Source: Bacteroidia bacterium
GTDB lineage: Bacteria; Bacteroidota; Bacteroidia; UBA4408
Length of the DNA: 64,000 nucleotides
NCBI GenBank assembly: GCA_043778625.1
Contig: JAYWFU010000031.1
Coordinates: forward strand, 14,616 to 78,615
Direction: 5' to 3'
Position 1 is the first letter of the stretch; each line of letters starts with the position of its first letter. Of the stretch, positions 37,737 to 47,179 are shown in pieces. A program made the translations under genes and the position numbers. The notes under the pieces were generated by a model. The model was not told where the DNA came from and did not search any database. It saw only the letters and a program-made list of their open reading frames with translations.

Positions 37737-39128
37737 ATGAGCACACAAAAACAATATTTAGATGCCAACAAACAAAAATTTGTTGATGAATTATTTGCAC
37801 TCCTCCGCCTACCAAGCGTTAGCGCCGATATTAAGTACAAAGACGATGTGCTAAAAACGGCCGATATGGTGGCTGATAGTCTACGCAAAGCAGGGGCTGA
37901 CAATGTAGAAATAATGTCCACAGGTGGTTACCCAATTGTGTATGCCGATAAAATTATTGACGCCACGTTACCCACCGTAATTGTGTATGGCCACTACGAC
38001 GTGCAACCCGCCGACCCTATTGCCCTGTGGCATACGCCACCATTTGAACCTACCATTAAAAAAACCGAAACTCACCCCGAAGGCGCAATATTTGCACGTG
38101 GTGCATGCGATGATAAAGGGCAAATGTACATGCATGTTAAAGCATTTGAAACCATGATGCAAACCAATACTCTACCATGCAATGTTAAGTTTATGATTGA
38201 AGGCGAGGAGGAAGTAGGTAGTGCTAACCTTGGTCCGTTTTTACAACAACATAAAGAAAAATACAAAGGCGATATTATACTAATATCCGACACATCAATT
38301 ATAGCTAACGATACCCCAAGCATTGATTGTGGCTTGCGTGGCTTGGCGTATATGGAGGTAGAAGTAACGGGCCCTAACCGCGACTTACACAGTGGTGTAT
38401 ATGGTGGTGCGGTAGCTAACCCTGCCAATGTATTGGCTAAAATGATAGCATCGTTACACGACGATAATGGACACGTAACTATTAAAAACTTTTATGATGA
38501 TGTAGTGGAACTTTCTGCCGAAGAACGTGCCGAATTAAACAAAGCACCATTTGAAGTAGAAGCCTACCAAAAAGACTTAGACATAGCCACCATACAAGGC
38601 GAAAAAGGCTATACAACGTTGGAACGCACAGGCATACGCCCAACACTTGATGTTAACGGTATATGGGGAGGCTACACAGGCGAAGGTGCTAAAACAGTGC
38701 TACCTAGCAAGGCCTATGCTAAAATAAGTATGCGCTTAGTTCCTAACCAAAATTCTGATAAAGTATCTAAGTTGTTTACTGATCATTTTATGGCCATTGC
38801 GCCTGCATCGATTAAAGTTAAAGTAACACCACACCACGGCGGTGAGCCTGTAGTTACCCAAACTACTAGCATTGGCTACAAAGCTGCTGAACTAGCCATG
38901 ACCGAAACCTATGGCAAAAAACCTATCCCTACACGTGGCGGTGGTTCTATACCTATTGTAGCCTTGTTTAAAGCCACGCTTGGTTTAGATAGTATATTAA
39001 TGGGCTTTGGCTTAGATAGTGATGCACTACACAGCCCTAACGAACACTACGGCTTAGTAAACTACTACAAAGGCATCGAAACTATTCCGTTGTTTTACAA
39101 GCATTTTGCGGAGTTGAGTAAGAAGTAA
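37737..39128 (+). CDS. M20 family dipeptidase/metallohydrolase
   Basis: GHYDVQP, GACDDKGQ, EGEEEVGS and a C-terminal HSPNEH. Confidence 0.85.
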   Translation: MSTQKQYLDANKQKFVDELFALLRLPSVSADIKYKDDVLKTADMVADSLRKAGADNVEIMSTGGYPIVYADKIIDATLPTVIVYGHYDVQPADPIALWHTPPFEPTIKKTETHPEGAIFARGACDDKGQMYMHVKAFETMMQTNTLPCNVKFMIEGEEEVGSANLGPFLQQHKEKYKGDIILISDTSIIANDTPSIDCGLRGLAYMEVEVTGPNRDLHSGVYGGAVANPANVLAKMIASLHDDNGHVTIKNFYDDVVELSAEERAELNKAPFEVEAYQKDLDIATIQGEKGYTTLERTGIRPTLDVNGIWGGYTGEGAKTVLPSKAYAKISMRLVPNQNSDKVSKLFTDHFMAIAPASIKVKVTPHHGGEPVVTQTTSIGYKAAELAMTETYGKKPIPTRGGGSIPIVALFKATLGLDSILMGFGLDSDALHSPNEHYGLVNYYKGIETIPLFYKHFAELSKK

Positions 39129-39129
39129 T

Positions 39130-39795
39130 ATGGAATTAATTTGCCCTAATTGTAAAACCGAAATTTTAAATAGCAATGTTAGCATAGCTGAAGCCGTTGC
39201 TAGTTGCGTTAGTTGTAGCAAGTCGTTTAAAATAGCTGAGTTAACTAACAATGAACAAATAATACGAATACAAAAACCGTTTTATTCTAAAATACAAATT
39301 GAGGATAACTTAGGCTCACACACGATTAAAATGAAAATTGCTGATTGGGATAATCATAAAAAAGACTTGCTAATAATTATTTTCAGTAATTTTTTTGTTT
39401 GGTTCATGTATTATTTACTGATATTGAATTCTAAAAACAGTAAAGATTTTGCTTTAATTTTTCCCACTATTATTCTTGGCTTTTTTATATTAATAACGAC
39501 ACTTTCTTTTTTTAATTTTTGGTATAGAGTTTTGGGTCAAATACAAATTAATTTTAATACAGAGTTTGTATCAGTTAAATGGAGTTGTTTAAAACTGTGT
39601 TATACTCAACAGAAAAATACAATTGACCTAACAACAATAACTGAAGTCCCTATTTATAATGGACAAAAACGCGGTGTAGAATTTTGTTTTAAAAAAAGTG
39701 AACGAATTAAATTTGGGTACTATTTGCAACAAGAAGAACGCAAATGGCTTATTGGGGAGTTGAATGAACTAAAGGAAAAATATCAACTGCATTAA
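39130..39795 (+). CDS. zinc-ribbon / 2-TM protein, paralogue A
   Basis: N-terminal CPNC...CVSC, two TM helices, and C-terminal EERKWLIGELNELKEKYQ. The start lies 1 nt after the M20 stop. Confidence 0.6.
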   Translation: MELICPNCKTEILNSNVSIAEAVASCVSCSKSFKIAELTNNEQIIRIQKPFYSKIQIEDNLGSHTIKMKIADWDNHKKDLLIIIFSNFFVWFMYYLLILNSKNSKDFALIFPTIILGFFILITTLSFFNFWYRVLGQIQINFNTEFVSVKWSCLKLCYTQQKNTIDLTTITEVPIYNGQKRGVEFCFKKSERIKFGYYLQQEERKWLIGELNELKEKYQLH

Positions 39796-39796
39796 C

Positions 39797-40471
39797 ATGA
39801 AATTAATTTGCCCTAATTGCAAAACCGAAATTTTAAATAGTAGCATTAATATAACTGAAGCAATAGCCCAGTGTAATGCTTGTAACGAAGTATTTAAAAT
39901 AGCTGATTATTTAAATAAAGATGAGGAGGTAGAAAGAATACCCAAGCCTACTTTTACAAAAGTAAACATTGAAGATAATTTTGATTCACATACTATCACT
40001 ATTCCAACCATTGGCTGGAATAGTAATAGTATTTACTCCCTTATATTTGCTTGTTTTTGGAATTCTATTTCTTTTGCAAACTTTTTTGAGGCGTACCAAA
40101 AAAACAAGATTGACATTATGACTTTTATTTTTCTAATTATAGGAGTCTTCACTTTTTTATTTTTTTTATTTACCCTTTTAGCTAAAATAGAAGCTGACTT
40201 TAATAGAGATATTATTTCAGTATCACGAATTTTTTTAGGCTTAAATTATAAAAAAAAGAAAAGTAGTAAATGGTTAGAAAGTATAACTGAAGAGATAGCT
40301 TATAGGACAGGAAGTCGACAAGAAAGAGCTGTATATGCTATATCACTTAATTTTTGTGATAATTCAACGATTAGATTTGGGACTAAGTTAAATGAAGAAG
40401 AACGCAAATGGCTTATAGGAGAATTGTACGAAATGAAAAAGAAATATCAAACCTCAAAAGATAAATTTTAA
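39797..40471 (+). CDS. zinc-ribbon / 2-TM protein, paralogue B
   Basis: N-terminal CPNC...CNAC, two TM helices, and C-terminal EERKWLIGELYEMKKKYQ. The start lies 1 nt after the paralogue A stop. Confidence 0.6.
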   Translation: MKLICPNCKTEILNSSINITEAIAQCNACNEVFKIADYLNKDEEVERIPKPTFTKVNIEDNFDSHTITIPTIGWNSNSIYSLIFACFWNSISFANFFEAYQKNKIDIMTFIFLIIGVFTFLFFLFTLLAKIEADFNRDIISVSRIFLGLNYKKKKSSKWLESITEEIAYRTGSRQERAVYAISLNFCDNSTIRFGTKLNEEERKWLIGELYEMKKKYQTSKDKF

Positions 40472-40475
40472 CCCC

Positions 40476-41459
40476 ATGGAATTTTCCGATATTGATAAAA
40501 TCCTCAACAACACGCCAGTAGGCGTATTTGAGCGTAAGAGTACCTCGTTTAAGTTAGCGTTGTTTATTGCTTTGGCAGTGGCAGGCGTTTGCTTGTTTAT
40601 GTTTGTTGCAGTGCTGTTAATGATACCGTTTACTGGTATTAACATACTTACTGACCCTTTGGCATTGGCTAATACACACGATGCCAAGGTAATAGATGCT
40701 TATAAAATAATGCAACTCTGTAACCAAATTGGTTTGTTTGTAGTGCCTGCATTTATTGCCGCTAAATTATTTGGTGGTAGTGTGTTGCCGTATTTAAAAT
40801 TAAATAAACTACCACGTGCAACAGTAGTATTTGCCACTATTGCGTTAATGCTATTGGCATTGCCAGGTATTAACTTAATGGGGTATTTAAATAGCGAGAT
40901 GCATTTACCTGGTTTTATGCAAAGCATTGAAACGTGGATGCACGCCAAAGAAACTGAAGCCGAACAACTTACCAAACTATTCTTACACACTAACTCCATG
41001 TTGGGTTTATTACTTAATATTTTTATTGTAGCATTTATGGCTGCCTTTGGCGAAGAATTATTTTTTAGAGGAATACTACAACGCCTACTTACTAACAAAT
41101 ACGCCAAACCAGCCGTAGCCGTATGGATTACCGCCATTGTGTTTAGTGCTATACACATGCAGTTTTTTGGGTTTTTTCCGCGTATGTTTATTGGTGCGTT
41201 ATTGGGATTTTTGTTTGTTTGGACTAATAATTTATGGGTACCAATTATTGCACATTTTACCAACAATGCAGCCGCAGTTATTATGAGCTATGCCACACAA
41301 CGTGGCGTGTTAGATAGCGGTGCCGAGCAACTGGGCGCTACCCAAAACGATTATATACTAGGTGTGGTGTCTATTGTGCTAACTGGTGTGGTACTATTCG
41401 TATTTAAAAAACTACTAACTCACCAACCACAATTACCAGTGGCAGATGTTGCGCAGTAA
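40476..41459 (+). CDS. CPBP family intramembrane glutamic endopeptidase (CAAX/Abi)
   Basis: Polytopic protein with the motifs GEELFFRGILQ and FSAIHMQ ... HFTNN. Confidence 0.85.
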   Translation: MEFSDIDKILNNTPVGVFERKSTSFKLALFIALAVAGVCLFMFVAVLLMIPFTGINILTDPLALANTHDAKVIDAYKIMQLCNQIGLFVVPAFIAAKLFGGSVLPYLKLNKLPRATVVFATIALMLLALPGINLMGYLNSEMHLPGFMQSIETWMHAKETEAEQLTKLFLHTNSMLGLLLNIFIVAFMAAFGEELFFRGILQRLLTNKYAKPAVAVWITAIVFSAIHMQFFGFFPRMFIGALLGFLFVWTNNLWVPIIAHFTNNAAAVIMSYATQRGVLDSGAEQLGATQNDYILGVVSIVLTGVVLFVFKKLLTHQPQLPVADVAQ

Positions 41460-41477
41460 ATTAAACACGTTGTAGCA

Positions 41478-43418
41478 ATGTTCAAAAAAATAAGTATAGC
41501 CCTTGCAATTGCACTATTAGCGGGTGTTAGCACGTTATACTTAGTGCGTGAGCGGGTAGTTAATTATTATTATTTTACCAAAATAAATAGCGTACAACAA
41601 CAGTACGGTATTCGTATAATTACTGACAGCATACACCTCTCTAGCCTGTCGAGCGCAGTACTCAGTTATTTGTATATTATACCCACCGCTACCGATACCC
41701 TACTAAGTGCCGCCAATCTAGGTATAACTGTGGATATCCCCACTATAATTGCTGCGCAGCAATTGTCGGTTAAAAACATAGTATTGTCGCAACTAGCCAT
41801 TAACTTAATTAATAATGGCACTACTACTAATTATTCGTTTTTATCACAGCATAAAAACAAAGATACTTCTGCCGTAGCAAAACCCTACAATGCACAACTA
41901 ACAAGCCTTGTAACCCAATTGTTTAATGTGTTGCCTAACAATATGCAAGCACAACATTTGCAGGTAACGTACAGTAGCCCTACATTAAAGTTAGGGTACA
42001 CCATGGACACCCTAAGTATAATTAACGGAAAGTTAGCAGGCGTGCTCAACGAAGATTTTAGTGGCAATACTTGGGGTGTAGCAGGCACAATAAACAAAAC
42101 TAATAAACATGCCAACCTGCTATTAACAAGCCACGCCAATAACACTAACGTATATGCTGTGGAACGCTTAACACATGTAAAATGTAATTTCAAACAATTA
42201 AATTTTGCATTTAATGGTATGCAACAACAAAGCACCACTACCACGTTAGCCATGCAATTAAGTAGTAAAAACTTATGCCTCGAACACCGCCGATTAAGCA
42301 CCGCCCCCATTGATGTAGCACAAGCCAGCATTAACGCCCAACTAACTGTAGGTAGTAATTACATAATGCTTGATAGCACCAGCACAGCGTTGTTAAACGG
42401 GCTTGCTATGCACCCCTACGCACGTGTAGCCTTGCGCCCTGTTAAACAATATGAGGTTAGCATTAACGTACCTTTAACTAATGCCAACACTTTTATTAAC
42501 GCATTGCCCAAGGGTATGTTTAGCAATTTTGTAGGGTTACAATGTAGTGGTAAACTAGGGTATGTAATGCGTTTTAAATTAAATGATGCTTTGCCCGATA
42601 GCTGCGTGTTTACAAGCACAATGCTCGACCAAGAGGTTAAAATTACCAAAATGGGCGTAACCGATTTTAGTATGATTAACGGCGCATTTGCCCACAAAAT
42701 ATACGAAAAAGATAATTTTATTCGTAGTATAATTATAGGTACAAGCAACCCTAACTTTTACCCAATAGCAAGTATTTCGCCGTATGTACAACAAGCCATA
42801 CTTACCAGTGAAGACGGTAGTTTTATGTGGCACAAAGGGTTTAACGAGGGAGCGTTTCGTAAATCTATTGCGCAAAACTACAAAGAGCGAAGGTTTGCTC
42901 GTGGTGGTAGCACTATAAGTATGCAGTTAGTTAAAAATGTGTTTTTGAGTCGTAACAAAACCGTGAGCCGCAAGGCCGAAGAGGCACTAATAGTATGGTT
43001 TATAGAGCATTTGCACCTTAGTAATAAACAACGTATGTACGAGGTGTATTTAAACAGTATTGAGTTTGGCCCTAATGTGTATGGCATAGGCGAAGCAAGT
43101 CAATTTTATTTTGCCAAAAAACCTAACGAAATTACGTTAAACGAGGGCATATTTTTAAGTTGTATAGTACCTAAGCCCAAAGCGTTTATGTATTATTTTG
43201 ATGCGCAGGGTAAACTAAATGCTTATTTAGAACCTCACTTTCAGTTCATAGCACGTATACTACACTACAAAGGCTACATTACCGAAAACGAATTAAACGA
43301 TGTGCGTGCCAATGTAGCAATTACAGGTGTTGCCAAACGTTACCTAAAAACAACTACCGATACCTTAGCAAGCCCACGTACCTTTGAGGAATTATGGCGC
43401 ACATTAGATAAAAAATAA
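41478..43418 (+). CDS. transglycosylase (GT51) domain protein with long N-terminal extension
   Basis: The C-terminal third carries SEDGSFMWHKG, RGGSTISMQLVKN and RKAEEALIV. An N-terminal TM is followed by ~400 aa of unknown function. Confidence 0.8.
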   Translation: MFKKISIALAIALLAGVSTLYLVRERVVNYYYFTKINSVQQQYGIRIITDSIHLSSLSSAVLSYLYIIPTATDTLLSAANLGITVDIPTIIAAQQLSVKNIVLSQLAINLINNGTTTNYSFLSQHKNKDTSAVAKPYNAQLTSLVTQLFNVLPNNMQAQHLQVTYSSPTLKLGYTMDTLSIINGKLAGVLNEDFSGNTWGVAGTINKTNKHANLLLTSHANNTNVYAVERLTHVKCNFKQLNFAFNGMQQQSTTTTLAMQLSSKNLCLEHRRLSTAPIDVAQASINAQLTVGSNYIMLDSTSTALLNGLAMHPYARVALRPVKQYEVSINVPLTNANTFINALPKGMFSNFVGLQCSGKLGYVMRFKLNDALPDSCVFTSTMLDQEVKITKMGVTDFSMINGAFAHKIYEKDNFIRSIIIGTSNPNFYPIASISPYVQQAILTSEDGSFMWHKGFNEGAFRKSIAQNYKERRFARGGSTISMQLVKNVFLSRNKTVSRKAEEALIVWFIEHLHLSNKQRMYEVYLNSIEFGPNVYGIGEASQFYFAKKPNEITLNEGIFLSCIVPKPKAFMYYFDAQGKLNAYLEPHFQFIARILHYKGYITENELNDVRANVAITGVAKRYLKTTTDTLASPRTFEELWRTLDKK

Positions 43419-43498
43419 CTAAACTATTAATAGTTGTTACGCTTTTAATAATCAAATTAAAGGTGTGAATTTGCTCAATTTTATTTTTTACTTCTACC

Positions 43499-43939
43499 CT
43501 ATCTCGTAAGTGTTACAACGCCCGTTTGCACTTCGTTACTTTTGTTACCTGCACGGTCGGTTATGTAGGCATTAAAAATTACCACTTCAGTAGTGGCAGA
43601 AGCATTATTAATATATAGTTTATCAATAACTACGTTAAGCGTGCCTTTAATACTAGCCGTTTTATTATTGGGTACAATTTCTTTTATGCGATACTCTAGC
43701 ACGGTGTTAGTTCTACTATCAGTTAAAAACAAATTCTTTTTGTTGGGGTCGTTTTCGCCTAAGTCGCCATCAGCATCACTGTAAGCAATAGTTATTTGTA
43801 ACGAATCAGTATATTCTTTAATTTGATATTTATTTAAACTTTTAAATTCAATAACCGGCACATTACTCACTGGAGTTTTCTTTTTGCAGGCAGTAATAGC
43901 AAGTGTTAACACACATAGGGTTAGTATAAGATTACGCAT
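43499..43939 (-). CDS. hypothetical lipoprotein
   Basis: Lipobox LAITAC after the signal peptide. 146 aa. Confidence 0.55.
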   Translation of the reverse strand: MRNLILTLCVLTLAITACKKKTPVSNVPVIEFKSLNKYQIKEYTDSLQITIAYSDADGDLGENDPNKKNLFLTDSRTNTVLEYRIKEIVPNNKTASIKGTLNVVIDKLYINNASATTEVVIFNAYITDRAGNKSNEVQTGVVTLTR

Positions 43940-44051
43940 TTTTTTAAGTTTTAATTAGTTGCCCTAAAGTAATATATTTTTGGATTGTGTAACTATTGTA
44001 TTATTTGCACAAAAAATAGTAACCCACATTTTGACAACTCCAATTTTTAAC

Positions 44052-44059
44052 TACATTTG
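44052..44059 (+). promoter_or_regulatory. -7 promoter element (TAnnTTTG) for the SRP RNA
   Basis: TACATTTG lies 4-5 nt upstream of the predicted 5' end of the RNA. Confidence 0.5.
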
Positions 44060-44062
44060 CAG

Positions 44063-44161
44063 TGGGTAAGTCTTACACAATCAGCTCCTGTTGAATCCCC
44101 CAGGATCGGAAGGTAGCAAGGGTAAATGGTCGTAGCGATGTGATGTAAGTAGCTTACCCTT
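44063..44161 (+). ncRNA. ffs: signal recognition particle RNA (small/4.5S type)
   Basis: The conserved apical motif CCCAGGAUCGGAAGGUAGCAAGGGUAA is present. The terminal helix GGGUAAG...CUUACCC closes the molecule and a T-run follows. Confidence 0.8.
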
Positions 44162-44208
44162 TTTTAATACCATTAGTATAGTATCAATATATTTTTAACA
44201 CTAAAAAC

Positions 44209-44928
44209 CTAAATCAGTTGTTGCAACTCGTTTAGGTTTTTTATTTGAATAATAGCTGAGTTATTAGTTGTATTAATTACGTTATATGGGTTATACCACA
44301 CGGCATCAATTCCAGCATTAGTTGCCCCTTGGCAATCTACCGCCCAATCATCACCCACTACTAAACATTGGTTAGCAGTAGCTTTAATTATGGATAGTGC
44401 CGCATTAAAAAAACGAGCATTCGGTTTTGCTACCCCTACATCTTCCGAAATTATTATATGCTTAAAATAGTGTGCAATATTGCATTGCTTTAACTTTAAC
44501 AACTGCGCTTCCTTAAAACCGTTAGTAATTATGTGTAATTGATAATTACGAGCTGTTAAATAGTTAAGCGTTGCAATAGCGTTGGGTACTAAATTAGTTT
44601 TAAGAGGAGCAGTATTTGTGTACTCTACTCCTATTTTATTTATCGTATTTGGGGTAAACAGTTGTGCAATGCCTACAGCAGTCATCGTTTGTTTAATACG
44701 TTCATAGCGCAATTGTTGTTTATCAACAGTGCCTTGGCGCATACGTTCCCACAATGCATCGTTAATGGGTGTGTAGGCTTCCCAAAACTCGTCAAAAGTG
44801 CATTTAACCTCAGCATTAGTGCTAATATACTTTACAAATAATTCTTCCATGGTTTCATGGCTATTTTTATCCATATCCCACAAGGTGCGGTCAAGGTCGA
44901 GTAATATATGTGTATAACGCTTATTCAT
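44209..44928 (-). CDS. HAD-IA family hydrolase (YjjG-like nucleotidase)
   Basis: ILLDLDRTLWD (DxDxT), ITNG, and VVGDDWAVD near the C-terminus. Confidence 0.8.
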   Translation of the reverse strand: MNKRYTHILLDLDRTLWDMDKNSHETMEELFVKYISTNAEVKCTFDEFWEAYTPINDALWERMRQGTVDKQQLRYERIKQTMTAVGIAQLFTPNTINKIGVEYTNTAPLKTNLVPNAIATLNYLTARNYQLHIITNGFKEAQLLKLKQCNIAHYFKHIIISEDVGVAKPNARFFNAALSIIKATANQCLVVGDDWAVDCQGATNAGIDAVWYNPYNVINTTNNSAIIQIKNLNELQQLI

Positions 44929-44937
44929 TACTCGTAC

Positions 44938-45849
44938 TTAAATTTTAAACACACGCCCATCCATTGCCATTTGAGTATTGGCAAACACCGTGCGTGCCTC
45001 CTCTAACAAGGGTAACGCATCAGCATAGCGTGCGGAGTAATGCCCAATAACTAACTGCTCCACATTGGCTAGTTTGGCTATGGTAGCGGCTTCAATAGTG
45101 GTGCTGTGGTAAGTTTCTTTAGCACGAGGCAGTAAGTTGTGCATAAATGTAGCCTCGTGGTACAGTAGCGTGGCATTGGTTATGTAGGGTACTACATTTT
45201 CGTCGTATATGGTGTCGCTACAATAGGCGTAATCTCTAGTAGATGGTGGTGCTATGGTAATTTCATTATTGGGTACTGTAGTACCATCTTCTAACAATAA
45301 ATCAGCACCTTGTTTTATGGCAGTAATTTGGTCTAAAGGAATATCGTACTCCATTACTTTAGCGCGTATAAGGTTACGTTCCTTTATTTTTTCTTGTATT
45401 AAAAAACCACACGTAGGTATACGATGGTTTAATGGAAATGAAAATATTTCTACCACCTTGTCTTCAAACAACAAATACTTACCATCATACTTTAGGTTGT
45501 GCCAAGTTATTTCATAGCGCAACACGGAGTCCGACGAATTAAGTTGCAATTCAATTATAGCACGTAAACTTTCGTTGGCATAAATAGCTAAGGGCTTAGT
45601 ACGCCCCCAAAGGTGCATACTACTAATAAAGCCTATTAAGCCAAAAAAATGATCGCCGTGCAGGTGCGATATAAAAATATGATCAATATGCTGAAAATTA
45701 ATCTTGTTTCTTCGCAATTGCATTTGCGTGCCCTCAGCACAATCAATTAAAAAAAACCGCCCATGTAGTTGTACTACTTGGGCGGTTGGGTTACGTTGCG
45801 CTGTTGGCGTGGCCGAGCCGCAACCTAAAATTGTTATTTCAAAACTCAT
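44938..45849 (-). CDS. rnz: ribonuclease Z
   Basis: ITILGCGSATP N-terminus and the metallo-beta-lactamase motif SHLHGDH. 303 aa. Confidence 0.9.
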   Translation of the reverse strand: MSFEITILGCGSATPTAQRNPTAQVVQLHGRFFLIDCAEGTQMQLRRNKINFQHIDHIFISHLHGDHFFGLIGFISSMHLWGRTKPLAIYANESLRAIIELQLNSSDSVLRYEITWHNLKYDGKYLLFEDKVVEIFSFPLNHRIPTCGFLIQEKIKERNLIRAKVMEYDIPLDQITAIKQGADLLLEDGTTVPNNEITIAPPSTRDYAYCSDTIYDENVVPYITNATLLYHEATFMHNLLPRAKETYHSTTIEAATIAKLANVEQLVIGHYSARYADALPLLEEARTVFANTQMAMDGRVFKI

Positions 45850-45884
45850 TAAATTGTTTTAAAAATGTAGTGGTTAAAATATTA

Positions 45885-46733
45885 CTATTTTTCAATAACC
45901 ATACGTTGTGTAGTAGTTTCTACACCGTTAGTTAATGTGTAGATGTACATACCACTGGTTAAATTGTTAGCCTTAAATTCAATAGAATTTTGCCCAGCTT
46001 GTGCAGCATAGGTATTGCTATACACTTGCTTACCTAATAGGTTATATACTGTAAGTGTAGTTTTTGCAACTTCAGGCGAATTGTATAGTATAGTTGTATT
46101 ATCAGCAAATGGGTTAGGATTAGCTGCTATTACACTAAATTTAGTGCTATTAACCAATGCACTATATAAGCCTACACTATTAGCATTAATAGTTAAGTAG
46201 TAACTATTATCTTCAGGAGCAGCCGCCCAAATAGTTGATCCAAAAATACTACCTCTAGCTTGCGATTTAATTTTGATAGGAAATACTCCTGCCACAGTTG
46301 GCGTGCCTGATACTACTACACATTTACCAGCTTGTGCAGGTGCTGGAAAAAAAGTATGGTGTGTGGTTGTAAAACCAGATGGACCTGAGCCTGGATTTGC
46401 AGTATTGCTACCAGCTCCATCATAATTCATACCTACTGCAGTTAACGGACCGAAAGTACCATTCACTTTGGCTTGAATATCTTCTACTAAGAACTGCGTA
46501 AGTTGTACCGTTTGTCCTTGGTAAGTGGTTGAAGCGGGTATTTTTATACTAAATACAACATTCATTGCGGTACCTACAGTACCTGTTAATAAAGGAATGG
46601 CCGATGTTGAATCAGGACATACACCACCTGTAGTGCTTGGTGGAATACACGACACGTCTGGCGTGCATGTTGCTTGTGCCATAACTGACATAGTAGCTAT
46701 AGATAAGCCTACTGATAGTAAAGATTTTTTCAT
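45885..46733 (-). CDS. secreted protein with T9SS C-terminal sorting domain
   Basis: Signal peptide, and the C-terminus NPNPFADNTTILY...LTVYNLLGKQV...GMYIYTL. Confidence 0.7.
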   Translation of the reverse strand: MKKSLLSVGLSIATMSVMAQATCTPDVSCIPPSTTGGVCPDSTSAIPLLTGTVGTAMNVVFSIKIPASTTYQGQTVQLTQFLVEDIQAKVNGTFGPLTAVGMNYDGAGSNTANPGSGPSGFTTTHHTFFPAPAQAGKCVVVSGTPTVAGVFPIKIKSQARGSIFGSTIWAAAPEDNSYYLTINANSVGLYSALVNSTKFSVIAANPNPFADNTTILYNSPEVAKTTLTVYNLLGKQVYSNTYAAQAGQNSIEFKANNLTSGMYIYTLTNGVETTTQRMVIEK

Positions 46734-46775
46734 GATGTTGAGGTTTTTATTTGTTTATAATTATTTGTTTTTTGT

Positions 46776-47108
46776 TTAAATTTTTGCTTCAGCATCGGCT
46801 ACGGTTGGGCTAATTAGTAGCACGGTATCCAGTTGCGATATTTGAATTAGTTTGGCTACATTTTCTTGTAAGGAGGTAATAAAAAATTTACCCCCTGAAT
46901 TTTTGCACAATCTATTACCTACAAGCAACGCGCTTAATCCTGACGAGTCGCAATATTTGTTGTGTGATAAATCTACCAATATTGTATTTATGTCGCGCGA
47001 ATTAATTTTAATGAATTCTGATTTTAGCTCTTGCGAAATTGTTCCATCTAATTTTTCGGCGGCAATACTAACAACAGCATAATTTGTTTTATAATCAATA
47101 GTAATCAT
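46776..47108 (-). CDS. STAS domain protein (anti-sigma-factor antagonist-like)
   Basis: 110 aa with the pattern ILVDLSHNKYCDSSGLSALLVGNRL. Confidence 0.75.
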   Translation of the reverse strand: MITIDYKTNYAVVSIAAEKLDGTISQELKSEFIKINSRDINTILVDLSHNKYCDSSGLSALLVGNRLCKNSGGKFFITSLQENVAKLIQISQLDTVLLISPTVADAEAKI

Positions 47109-47179
47109 GTATTCAAATAGATTAATGCTTCAGCTTTGTTCATTTATATTTTACAATTCAGTAAATATAGTATTTAAAA

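Noticed and set aside
40700-41266. 188-aa minus-strand ORF
   Set aside because: It is entirely antisense to the CPBP protease gene, which has clear EELFFRG/FSAIH motifs.
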